Assembly (NCBI GenBank): GCA_002633005.1
Contig: NMRA01000619.1
Location: 21,528 to 85,527 of the forward strand
Direction: 5' to 3'
DNA: 64,000 bases
From: Phoronis australis
Lineage: Eukaryota; Animalia; Phoronida
Shown here: positions 1-11,505 of the stretch, in pieces
Layout of the letters: each line of letters starts with the position of its first letter
Numbering within the stretch: position 1 is the stretch's first letter
The notes under the pieces: generated by a model
The model's input: the letters and a program-made list of their open reading frames with translations, nothing else
Database searches by the model: none
What the model was told of the DNA's origin: nothing
Translations under genes and position numbers: made by a program

Positions 1-660
1 AATAAAATGGCTGCCGAAGGCAGTGCACATTTGAAATAACTCGGCACAAATTAAAGAAAACTTCCGAATCGATGAATGCGGTATATCTGTGAGAGTTAAA
101 TCGAATCCTATTCAGATCATAACTTTGAAGTGGAATAATTCGGTGAGTACAACAGCAAGTCGGTTTTATGCTTAGGCGGACGAACATTGGGTTCCCCAGT
201 ATATGAGTCGAACCAATTTTTTTCGTTTTGATTTTTCTCTCGTTTTGAAAAAGTGCTTTGCTGTCATCGGAAAGGTAGTGCATTCTAATCAGTAAAAATC
301 AAATAAAGTTATTGCAATTTTTGTGGCGAAATTTGTGTCACTTTGTTCGTATCGCGTCGGCCATATTGGAGGACAGCGGATAAGTTACTACTAGTTTAAA
401 ACTTTGTGTAGGGAGGACAACGTTTTTTAATTTTTTTACAATATCCATGTGTCATACATTTTTGAAAAGCCCTTGGTGTGAGAAATAAAATGGTGCAAAA
501 ATCAGAAAAAGTGGATGAGCGGTTGACGAGAAAATGGCCGTTGAAATGCGACAATTATGCGTAAAATATTTTTACATAATTTCGTAAAAAATAAAAGAAT
601 ATACATGTGCTGCATATAAAAAGATTCGTCTAATTGAGACAAACATGGTGGTGTGTATTA

Positions 661-2387
661 CCGTAATCGTTCGGGTTAACGCCCTGGGCGGTTAAATTGG
701 CGAACCCAAAAAATCGGGGGTGGGCGGTTAACCAGACATGGGCGCTTAAACGTGAAATTTCAAGAAATCGGGGGGGGGGGGGGTAACTGAACATGGGCGC
801 TTATTACGACCGGCAACCGCCCTGGGCGGTTAATCTTACCTTATGATCTGAGTCACCACACGTACTAAGCCACATACTGGGATCGCCTAACACTTTGAAA
901 AGAACTTTATCGCCACCAAGTGCGTACTCTGCGCACTCTAATTAACAAATAGTTTCGAAAATGTAGAGTGTGGTCAAACTCCGAACGCTTGCATAGAAAG
1001 TTTGCTACATAATATGGCGCCTCAGGTGAGACCGATTATTGCGAATTATGCTCATTATTTCACTATACTTCGCAGACGTTGAACATGTTCACCTGCGTAG
1101 CAGACGGTAGCTGTGCTGTCGTTTTAACCCAGTTGTGGTCACGTGCTGACCCATTTTTCCTGTGATCAGTGCACTCCCATAATAAACAACTTAACTGACG
1201 GTCACGTAGACAAGGACTACCAGCAGTTCCGAATTTCAGTTCAAAATCATTTCGAGATAACAGAATGTACTCCTGGTCTGAATGGTCAAAAAGCATAAAA
1301 ATGTATAATCAATCACGAAATCGGGTTCAACTATTCAGCTGCCATGCACTGTCGATTCGCCTGTTTATGTTGCCGGTATGTGGAGTTGACATGTACGGTA
1401 CTCTGGCCTTTCAATGGCTAAATACAATAACAAACTTTTTGTTAACAAACTCTACATTCAAAAAATTGCCACCAAGTTACATTGCAAAACACAAACACGA
1501 GTTTCTGTCTACACTCGCGTTTTTACTGGTCGACTTAGCAAACAAGAAGTCGGCCGATTCCAGTGTCGACCTTGAACAACCGTCGTTGCGGTTTTCGTTT
1601 CGACTGCGAGACGCAGCTTTTGTTAGCAAATGAAACCATCTATTCTCGGTAAAAATAATTCTTAGACGAAGCCTTAATTGTTCGGGTAAGTAACCCCGGT
1701 TTACTATATGCGACGAAATTACCGTGACGAGAGTACTCGAAAGACGGGGATCTCGATAACCCGGCAATTACACTCACCAAAATATAAAGAATTTATCAAC
1801 TTTTCGCGGTTTATGGGAATTCTTCAAAATCCCGAGAGCTTACAACCTAAAGCGCATTCAGAGGGTTGGCAAAAGCAATGTCACATTTCTCTGACCTGGT
1901 TATTTCGAATGCATCTTTTATATAGTGCACTGTAGTCGATAACTCAGTGCGGCAGAGATTGTGGCTGAAAGTGGAGGTGTAGACGCCAGCGCGGTTCCTA
2001 AAGTTTGCGAACATGAGAAGAAAAGAAAGTGACAAAGTGTTCAAGTATTACATTTTGAAGTTAATCGATGACCCGTTACAATAATTTGTTACTGGTATCA
2101 TAATTCACATTGCTAAACCGCGGTCTCTGAGGCCGTCGTTGCACTCAATGTTATCATCGATCTTAATCTAAAAGGTCGGGGATTCGCGTTTCCTATTAGC
2201 ACAGGGCGGTAATCACCAATCGTCAAAAGTAGGGGATGGGCGGTTAACCGAGCAGTGGGCGGTTAATTGGAAATCTTCAAAAATAGCAGGGGGCGGTTAA
2301 CCGAGCAGTGGGCGGTTAAATCGAAATTCACCTAAAGTAGGGGGTGGGCGGTTAACTGAGCATGGGCGTTAACCCGAACGATTACGG
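661..2387. mobile_element. Non-autonomous Tc1/mariner (pogo/Tigger-like) DNA transposon
   Basis: Perfect TIR CCGTAATCGTTCGGGTTAACGCCC ... GGGCGTTAACCCGAACGATTACGG, TA on both sides (659-660, 2388-2389), multiple subterminal TGGGCGGTTAA repeats at both ends, no transposase ORF. Confidence 0.85.
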
Positions 2388-5300
2388 TATATGAAGTTTG
2401 GATCGATTTCTACAGAGATATTGCTGTTTAAGTGTGTTGTTATAGCATATAGAACAGGCTCATCATGTTTGATGAAAACAATGGATTACACAGCTTAAAA
2501 GGTAAAGAGCATTGGTGGATTTGGGGGGGGCAAGGGGGCCTGGCCCGTGGCCCCCCTAAAACTTATTTCATTTGGCAGTTTGAGGGTGCAAATATCTTAC
2601 GGATAAAATCCTGCGTAATACTCTGCCCTGCCCCCCCCTATCTAAAAATTCTAGATCTGCCCCTGAATACTACTACATGGGCAAACATCATTGCCTGACA
2701 GTGACAGGGGGCTGGGGGAGGCTATAGCTCCCCCACTTTTTTCAGTGCTGGGTGCCACCCATGTACTATTAGATCGTATCATGGCAAAAAACATCAGAAA
2801 GTAGACAAAAGACCATTTGGGAAAACAAATCACTCTTAACATAAAGGATTTCATCATTTACGCAACAAAAACTTTGTAACAACTTTATTTCGAACGGTGA
2901 AGTTGCGATGCCATTGAACTTAACGTAGCCGATGATGGCGCTGACATGCGGCGACTTAGTGAACTAACGACTGCTGTTTGAAAAGTGCCAATTCGCAGCA
3001 GTTTGACAGAATTTCTGAAATTTAAATAATTACCAATTAAAAGAGTGATAAATTCCTCATCTAAAAATCGGGGGGGGGGCATATTGCGCAACTGGAAAAA
3101 CAACAATCTCCCGACCGACCAAAATTAGGCCTTCCAGACGATCGAAAACTCGCCATGAAAACTTGGCCTTGACTTCAAGAAAACAACTTGAGGAGATGCG
3201 CACGCATCTAAACTACATCCTGTCCAAATTTCATGTTTATATTTGAGAGTATAGTGCTCTTTTGGATAGGAGGAACAAGAGGTACTTTTGGCGGAAAATC
3301 GTGCGCTAAAAAAAGCTTACAAAAAATTATTTATCAGCGCTAATTTGATACAAAAAGATTACAAACTTACAAATAAAGACTAAGGTAACGATTTATAACA
3401 CAAAATTGTCTTATAGTTAACGTTGAAGTCTGAAATCGGGTAATTTGCCGACGTGGGTTTTACACAGAGGCAGATATGGAGCACCGTGACCTACTTTTTG
3501 ATTGTCCTCCCTACTTTGTGTAAATTGTTTTGGCCAACAATTTACGGTGAAATTTAGTGAGACATATCTTTACTCACTAGTCTTCATGGTTCAACAGTGT
3601 TCACCAAATTTCAGCCTCGCAGTTATTACTCATTAAGTGATAAATTGCTCACAATTCCTGTTGGACTTCATCTTATTTCTGGCGTCACCAACAACATGGC
3701 GACTTTTGCTGAACTGGAAGGCATGTTCAACCTGTTACTTTGTAATTTGTGAAGATTTAACGTTGATACATTTTGACAAACGTTGATACAAACAAGAAAC
3801 TTTGTTCAATTTTCGTGTTTTTGGTGCAAAAATATAAGATATATTCGAATTATTTTACTGTGAATGTCCCATTCAGGTGATCTTAAACTAAGCTAAAAAA
3901 ATAGTTGAAATAATTTTGAAATGGTTTTTTGTTTGACTGTCAACTGCTGTTCAAGGCTTGATTAGGTGTCACAAAATGATTCATATTTTTCTAAATTTTA
4001 AGTTTCAATGGCTTTCAAGTCATGTGTTGTAACTTATTGCTTCTTATTTCAATTATCTTAATTTGAGAAATCAGCTATGTTGGATTGTGAAGCTTTAAGC
4101 TTCCAATTCTTGTTCCTTGCAACTTCATATTTTTTAATCATGCTCGTCAAATGCTGGTGTAAGGAAACACTATTTCGTCACCATGGTAATACTTACATGT
4201 ATGTCCACTTTCATATCATGGAAACTTTTGCTGTTGTGACACAGGACTAACCAGCCCGTAATTTTATGCAAGTGTCTGAAACAACCTTTGAATGTATACG
4301 GCATTTATGATTTGAACATTTTACTTTGGCAAAACAGCTTGCAACCACATTCCTTTACCGTTCGTCAGTGTCTGGTCTCAATCCGCACCGGGTCCGATAG
4401 GCTGTGGTACCGAGTCCGGCAAAATAATTTCTGTCAAAATTTATTCGCCACATTTCTTCAGCAAATTCGATAAAATTGTCCGTATTTTGATTTTATTAAA
4501 ATTAAGGCGCGCTGTCAATTATTTTATCCCCATTTGCAGGCTGGTAACAGGCACTCGTCCATTCACACTGACGGCATTTTCATAGCCTGGGTTTCTGAAT
4601 GAATTGCACTTCCGGGTTCGCAGTAAGTTCAAAATGGCGGTGGTTCGTCGGGTGCGAATCGTGAGTGGCGCGTTCATTTAAACTTTTTTCGAGTACGGAT
4701 CGTGTATTATTTATGGGGTAGGTACTTCTTGGATCCTTATAACATCCTCTAACCATGTAATAAGGGTTAACAACGTGTGAGACCAGGACTTTAAGGTCTT
4801 GTCTATGATGAGTAAACTTGTATAATGCACCAAACTGCACCCAATTACATCTAGTTTTTCAAATTTTGCCTGTGGAAGGTCAAGCACCACCCCTCCATGG
4901 GAGAATCTCACTTCATCCCATGCTCGCATGAGGCGCCAGGTTCCGCACCCGCTTCGAGCATTTACCACCACGCTCCTTTCAAAAAACAGACAATAAGGGG
5001 ATCCCACTTCTCATATTTGCATGCGGCAACGGGGTTTACACACCGCTTTGGTCATTCACCACCCAGGGGAATCCCTGCATTTCATTGTGTCGCATTACTC
5101 AGTGGTGCCTTGTGGCTGAATAATGCTTTTCTACATCCACCTTTGATGTCACGAAAGTTGATCTAAGGTCCTATGGTGTTGTACAGGGCAATTATTGCAT
5201 TGGCAATTTTTTTCACAGCAATAAAGTACTGGCTGAAATAAGTTGAAATGTCAAGAAACTAGTGTTTGGCCTCTGGAATTGAATTCATCGTGAAAAGTTT

Positions 5301-5896
5301 TAGTGTAGAATTCTTCTCTCGCGAAAGATATAACAATAAAAATTTACCAAATTGTTGGACAGGTTTTTATTTGTTGACTACTGATTTGAGTCCATGAGTT
5401 TTTACATTAAAGTATTCATTCAATGTGGGAAATAATTGGTGTTTACATCGTGACATCGGACGAAAGACTGAACCTGGCAATTAACATTAAGAAAGTTTGA
5501 TATCAGGCCTCTGAAAACTGGTATTGTCTGGAATCCTGACTTTAAACAGGAGTACTATATATTTGCAATATTAGTTGGAGAGGTGTGGTCCCTGACTGCC
5601 TGATGAAAATTGCTTTGAGAACCAGTTACCACCTCTGAATAATGTCTATTACCAATAATTCCATTCCATAACCCAGCGTTTCTTGCCACAAGTACCTCGC
5701 AAGTGTCATTCTCCTGAACAGGGCCCAGGATTCTCCTGAAACATTCAGAAAACATTTTCGGCAACATTTTCTCAATGGGGCTGTTCGATGGGGTGTTGCT
5801 GCTGTAATAGTGGTGATTGAATTGCGCATGTGTCACTGTCTGTATGTAAACATCTGGTAAAAAGACGGAATTGTTCTAAAAATAGGTCGCCGCGCT

Positions 5897-6098
5897 AAGC
5901 CTTATTATTGCTATTTTCCCGGGTGCAAATCTTCGACAGGTGGTCACAAATTCCCAAAAGACCTAAGGTTACTACAGGTGTGGAGAATTGCTGTCAAAAG
6001 GGTCAACCAAGTGACAAAATGTGCGTGGATGCCGAAGCCTCATGCCCCGTGTGTACTCTATGCATTTCCATTGAGAAACTGCATAAGCACATTACTTG
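5897..6098 (+). pseudogene. Degenerate THAP-domain exon (transposon-derived)
   Basis: Translates PYYCYFPGCKSSTGGHKFPKDLRLLQVWRIAVKRVNQVTKCAWMPKPHA, then after a frameshift RVYSMHF: the C2CH THAP pattern with FP and W. Ends STLLG at a GTGAAT donor (6099). Confidence 0.65.
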
Positions 6099-6771
6099 GT
6101 GAATTTTTAGCAATTACTTTTTATCGACATCGCTCAGTCATGTTATCCCCACCAGTTACCCCCCACTGAATAACGGGTTTATTCAGTGGAACTGAGTGTT
6201 TCTCTTCAGAAACTCACCTGGCACCCGTATGGTAGGCTAGCAGCACATATTCACATATTGTCCTGGGTGGGAGTGCTCCCAATATACGTAAGAGCTGTAT
6301 GGGACGTGCCGCTTAGAAGTCAAGGGTGACTTTTTCACAGCAGTTACTCTTCAAAACTATGCCATGTCCAGTAAAATTCTCTAGATGAGCGAGTTTCCTT
6401 ACTTTATAGCAGACCCCACCCCTAGCACTACCACAGTATAGTTACCGAATCAACAATAATGAGCTATTCAGTATATTTGTAACATTGGATTGTAATAAAT
6501 ATTGACACCTGGAGTGAATTTATTTGTTGAGATCAGAAACACATTTTAGGTGTCATGAAAAATGCATCACTTCTAGCTTGTTTCACATATTTTAATTCAG
6601 ATCTTGAATCAGGCTTGGGAACAAGGATTATTAGTTTCTACATATCAACATGAAGATTAAATGTCAAATAAGTTCTGCCTTACAAAAGTATTTTTCTGGA
6701 GAATAGGTTGGTCATTGGTCTCTAGAGGCATAGAGTACGAGATGATAACTTAGAGACGTGGTAGGTTGGTT

Positions 6772-6810
6772 GCAGACGTTTCGACCTGGTCCGCCATATC
6801 TTTGTCAATG
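6772..6810 (-). ncRNA. Minimal hammerhead-ribozyme-like motif (U3:A8 variant) in Penelope pLTR
   Basis: Minus strand reads UUGACAA-A-GAUAUGG-CGGA-CCAGGUC-GAAACGUC. The + copy at 9370-9401 has stem II ACCUGG-CGGA-CCAGGU followed by CGAAAC. Each copy is partly decayed. Confidence 0.5.
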
Positions 6811-8295
6811 AATGAGGGATTTCCCGCCTTTTGCGGGTTAAGAATGTTTGAATACATGGGAGGTAAGTGGAAGCCGAGGTCCCGGTTCAAGAGGGGGCGC
6901 TAAATGCTGATGTTTATTGACTCTCGACGGAACCTTACCTTTCTTGGATCTATGTGTACACGTAGTTGATAATGGCTCCATCATTGTCAAGATCTACAGG
7001 AAACCGACACATATGGACCACTACCTCCAGTTTTCATCCAACCACCCTTTAAAGCACAAACATTCTGACACCCGTACCCTCCTGGATAGAGCTGATTGTT
7101 ACATCACAGAGACACAGACTACCGACACTATGTCGAAGACGTTGACCATGTTTAAAGGAGCATGCCAACCAAAAACAACCTAATTTGTATCAATTTAGAT
7201 AGAGTAGTTCTACTCGATAACGGCACATATGTTTGCGTTATCTGACGGCATACGGAGGTGTTGAAATTATCCAATGACGTAATGGGTTTCACACGCAGTC
7301 TGTTCAGCAGTTCACAACACGGGTTACTGGTGTCAATTCATGGTTTAACAGCAATAAATCATCAAACTTCAATTTAAAACCCTTAAAAATACACCGAGTT
7401 CTTATAAAAACGTGTTATTTTATTTTGCTGTTACGATTTATTGGTATTTGGACACACCGTAGCCTACAAAGTTCGACAGGCCAATTAGGTCCGTAGTAGG
7501 AGTTTGGGGTCTGTTCGGAGATAAATTCGAAGGATTTTTCCGTGAGATACAGACAGGAGAACCTAGATCTGTGTTGTTTAGACTTGTGATTTTTTGAGTT
7601 CTAAACACACAAAACGCTTGTTATCCTGACCAGTGGCTCGGAGCCCGATCAGGCTCGTCGCGGCCGGACTGACTCGTTATTCTGGCCAGCGGTTCTGTCG
7701 GAAACGATCAGGCCCGTTGCTGCCAGACTGAAGACATCACGAACGTAAACCAGCCAAAGTTGGAAACTAAACTTCCATTCAAGAAAATATACTAGTGAGC
7801 CAAAGAAGTAATGTGCACGTGGTTATGTAGGTGAATTAGCCACGAAACTGCAAATATATTTACTCGTCAGGGGCCGCTAATCCATGTCCCCTTTGGCCAC
7901 AGAACCGTCAGGGCAGAAGTTGTACATTGACAATTATTATTTGAATAATGTAAATGTAAATAATTATTCTCCTAACACCTGGCCGTGGGATAGAAAATCG
8001 AGTTGTTTCACAACAGTTTATGTCAGCAAACACTGAATTAGCATGGGCTCACACGGCCTCGCTGTCCCGTCAATTAGATTTATTGCACCTAAAGCCGGTA
8101 ACGCAGTGATTTATTCATTGCTGGCTTCTCAAATCATTTGCACTCACGAGCACTCCAAAGGCATTACAAATTGCATTGAAAGAGACGGACTTTGTTTCAG
8201 TTTTATATGAGTATTGGTTAGGATGACAATAATTTATTTTGAAACAGAATGCTCAATAATAAACGTCAACATGGAAACCCGCAATCGCAACTTAG

Positions 8296-8465
8296 ATGCA
8301 AGCTCATCCAGACGAAGACTTCGCAGGTGGATCGTTAAGTTTCACAGGCTACCAGTTCGAAATGGAATACAGTGAAATATTAGAGAGGCGCCGTGAACAA
8401 GCTCAGACAATGGAACGTATTGATAGTTATTTGTTAAGCCGGCATGTGTCGGGCATTGTCAGTGA
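8296..8465 (+). pseudogene. KolX-like N-terminal remnant
   Basis: GYQFEMEYSE...ERIDSY followed by a decayed C-x3-C region; parallels YMFEPE...RRGDTSWCKC at 37613-37388. Confidence 0.5.
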
Positions 8466-8651
8466 CTGCAGGCCACAGACACGGAGATGTTCTATGGCCT
8501 CATACTTTCTATTTACGGCGTACTTTTCATTGTTCACTACCGCGAGCCACTTCCTAAGCATTTCGAACTCAGGAGGAAGTCGAAAAAACGATATACCCGC
8601 TTTTCTTGCAGCTGCATAGTTCGGAGAAGCGGGAACGATGCACCGCAACAT
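8465..8651 (-). pseudogene. THAP-domain N-terminus of Kolobok transposase (truncated)
   Basis: MLRCIVPASPNY...GISFFRLP...LRKWLAVVNN...YEAIEHLRVCG; aligns with the THAP at 36645. Confidence 0.7.
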
Positions 8652-9506
8652 AGCGGCATTCACTCTGCAAATGAACCACTGACGTCGTTGCGTCGTTTCT
8701 CACCTTCCTCACAGGTTAACGCGACACCTCTTGGCAAGGTAAGGTCGACTGTATGCGAGGCGATGTGGATATAGACTGATTAAGACGGCAAAAAGACTAA
8801 TTAAATCGGGTGGCATTCTCCTTTAAGATGCTTCGCGAGCTAATGGATACCAGGAATGGATGTTCAGACCCCCACCCCACGTCGTAAATCTACAAAAAAA
8901 CTCGATGACCCCTCCGTTGCCATCCCATACATAAGAGGAGTGTCTGAACGCCTACAACACACTTACAGAACCCGCGGAATTTCTTCATACATGAAACCTA
9001 TCAACACCCTCCGTTCCCTACTAGTCAGACTCAACCCCGATGGCTAAATAATGTGGGGTCATATACCAGCTGAAATGTGACCAGGATTCCAACCACACCT
9101 ACATTGGAGAAACCAAGAGACCGTTCCTCACCAGATTCAGTGAACATCAGAAGCTAGACAGACCAACAGCTGTGGGGGAACACATATTGGCGACTGGGCA
9201 TTCCATCTCTCTCGCGACATCCAGGATCCTAGCCAAAGAACAGGACTGGTATGCTCGCAAGCTATAACAGTCAATAAACATCAGCATTCAGCACCCCTCT
9301 TGAACCTCCACTTACCTCCCATGTATTCGAACATTCTTAACCAGCGAAAGGCGGGAAATCCCTCATTCATTGACATACCTGGCGGACCAGGTCGAAACCT
9401 CGGCAACCAACCTACCACGTAAGTGATCCTCTTATACTCCAAAAGTATGTTTATCTTGTGTTATCTTTTATAATTTGCTAATATTTCTCTGACTATTCTG
9501 TTACAG

Positions 9507-9570
9507 GTGAGAGAAAACAACTAAAACCAGCTGTGTTACCGTGTACTAATAACCTTTCGACAAATTGAAA
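9507..9570 (+). pseudogene. Probable second exon of the THAP remnant
   Basis: Acceptor ttctgttacag at 9506; a phase-1 join to 6098 gives STLLG-ERKQLKPAVLP, resembling the THAP C-terminal R-x-L-K..AVP box. Confidence 0.45.
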
Positions 9571-11460
9571 GGCAGTCTTTCAGCAATAACCTGAGAAAGT
9601 TGAACCTCCTAATTCAGAAAGTCAGCCCTTGATATCCCTGAGGATGGACTCTGTTGTATTGGGAAAATTACAATTGTTTTTAACAAGTAATGTTGTTCCT
9701 TTGTATGTATGTAGTTGTTCAGTTTGACATTTTGTTTTTAAATACATTGATTATTGTTTATTTTCGAATCTAGTGCATAGCATGTTCTTATCCAGCTAGT
9801 TACGATTGAAAACATTCTTTGCTTGCATGTGGAACTTCTGTTATAGACAAGTTAACACAAAACTTAACTTAAAACTGTTCAAAGGCCTTAAGAAAGCTCT
9901 AAAAATAGTTTCACACATAAACAAATCAAATGCAAACAAAGGGAATACTTCGTTTTGATCGCCTGACATTTCTGTAGGTTAACAGGAAAATTACAATTCG
10001 CAAGCGTAATCGGTTTTAACTTCTGCTTTTAAAAGAAGCAGCACAACTGCACTGTATGAAGCTTTAAAACTGAAGAAATGTTGTGGTTTGAATAATTAGT
10101 GACAAACCTGCCAGTTGAAAAGTTTATTCGATCATCAATGTGTAACATTAACAGCCTTTTCTGTGACAATAAGACAATCTATGCAATCACTGAATGTCAT
10201 TTACGCATTATGTGTACCAAATTGAAAAATTTTTACCATCAGTATAAAGCCATTCTTCTGAAAGGAAAAGTTAATGTCACTCAGTGAGAAAGGACAGGTG
10301 TTTATACCAGATGCTTTTGGTTTTCATTTCACTGGGATTGACTTTCAATGGCCTATAGAAGCGTTTGTGTAAAGGTCTAGTTTCGGCACATGGCTTTCCT
10401 TCATGTAACCTCATTCAGCCTCAGCAACGTCCACAATTAGATCCTTGAAGGTAAACACAACATCATATCACTTGACTCGCTTTGTGCCCAAAATCTGACC
10501 CTGAACTTGACCTGAGTGTTACTAGGTCTTCTTTAGCTTCAGTCCCTCATGTTTCGTTCAGGAAAGGAAATACGTCGTCCACACATGACTCATTGCCTAT
10601 GAAATGGGATCCTCACCAATGAGGCTGGCTGGTGTAGCAGTCAAATGTAGTTCCTCTTCACACACAAACAATCTGCTGCAGCATTTTCCTTTGATACTGC
10701 AATTCACATTTCTCCAGGGCCACGGTCTTGTACATTGTGCCATGCAGCACTGTTGGTGTTTGAACGACATGCTGTAGGAAGAGAAAGAAGTAACAAAGCT
10801 TGTCTACATTGCAGCTTGAAGTGTCCTTATAATGTCACTGAACCTGGACAAATATTGAAACATGAATAATTAAGTACGTCAGGTTGGGAAAAAAATGTTG
10901 CCCTTGTTCGTCATGGCAGTCGTATGAATTTTTGAACGACTTGCAACATTTCAAGGCATGAGTTAAGACTGTCCAGTCGTTGAGAATTCATGAAATGTAA
11001 TATATTTTTTTGGGTTTACAATGGATAGCAAAACAGTTTCATGAAACTTGAAAGAACTTAAGAAGATTAAGAATTACCGCACCATGCTATTTCCACTGAA
11101 CACTATCACCTCAGTTGCACCAAATTTTACAACCCCAATCCCCTATGACAACATAACTATTCAGCATTGATTGATGTAATTGTAACTGATAAACCTGTTA
11201 GATATCTTTCCAAACTTTAATAATACTGCTTTGATGTACAAAAAGATCCCGAGTGCTACATCAAGTAATACTATAGTAACACACTCACAACAAATAATGA
11301 TTAACCCGACTGGTGACTGACTGGCTAGTACTTCAGTTGACAGGCTCCAGCATTGTAAACATGGAATAATCGTTAAAAGAATCACAAACCTTACCTTTCT
11401 ATAAGATCATGCTTCCTCTTGTAGAAGCATCCTTTTCATGCAATCTCAGATTCACCATGT

Positions 11461-11505
11461 ATTAAGCAGCTTGCGAAATCGAGGCTGCTTAATCTATCAC
11501 ACTAG
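11461..11505 (+). mobile_element. Possible Helitron 3' terminus
   Basis: Hairpin ATTAAGCAGC...GCTGCTTAAT followed by a short spacer and CTAG|T. The 5' end was not identified. Confidence 0.35.

Larger units (their letters stand above)
7156..8822 (-). mobile_element. Internally deleted Kolobok-type DNA transposon (family B) nested in Penelope
   Basis: TTAA TSD (7152-7155, 8823-8826); 15-bp TIR AGGAGCATGCCAACC / AGGAGAATGCCACCC; convergent THAP remnant (-) and KolX-like remnant (+). Excision rejoins the Penelope frame HV*DASRANGY. Confidence 0.8.
6732..9440 (+). mobile_element. 5'-truncated Penelope-like retroelement (RT C-terminus + GIY-YIG endonuclease) with inverted 5' pLTR
   Basis: LPFLDLCV...YRKPTHMDHYLQFSSNHPLKHK (6926-7150); after the nested insertion RANGY, IPYIRGVSERL, and GVIYQLKC...YIGETKR...RFSEH (9055-9150). 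About 6732-6922 is the reverse complement of about 9270-9440. Confidence 0.9.

Noticed and set aside
2510-2765. Small hAT-type MITEs (G-run/C-run fold-backs; similar pieces near 60490-60585 and 61580-61606)
   Set aside because: Probably repeats, but termini are too degraded and no TSD could be shown.
4634-4666. ATGGCGGTGGTTCGTCGGGTGCGAATC|GTGAGT as MRPL27 exon 1
   Set aside because: Good donor, but phase 0 is incompatible with the phase-1 exon at 13834, and it lies 9 kb away in repeat-like sequence.
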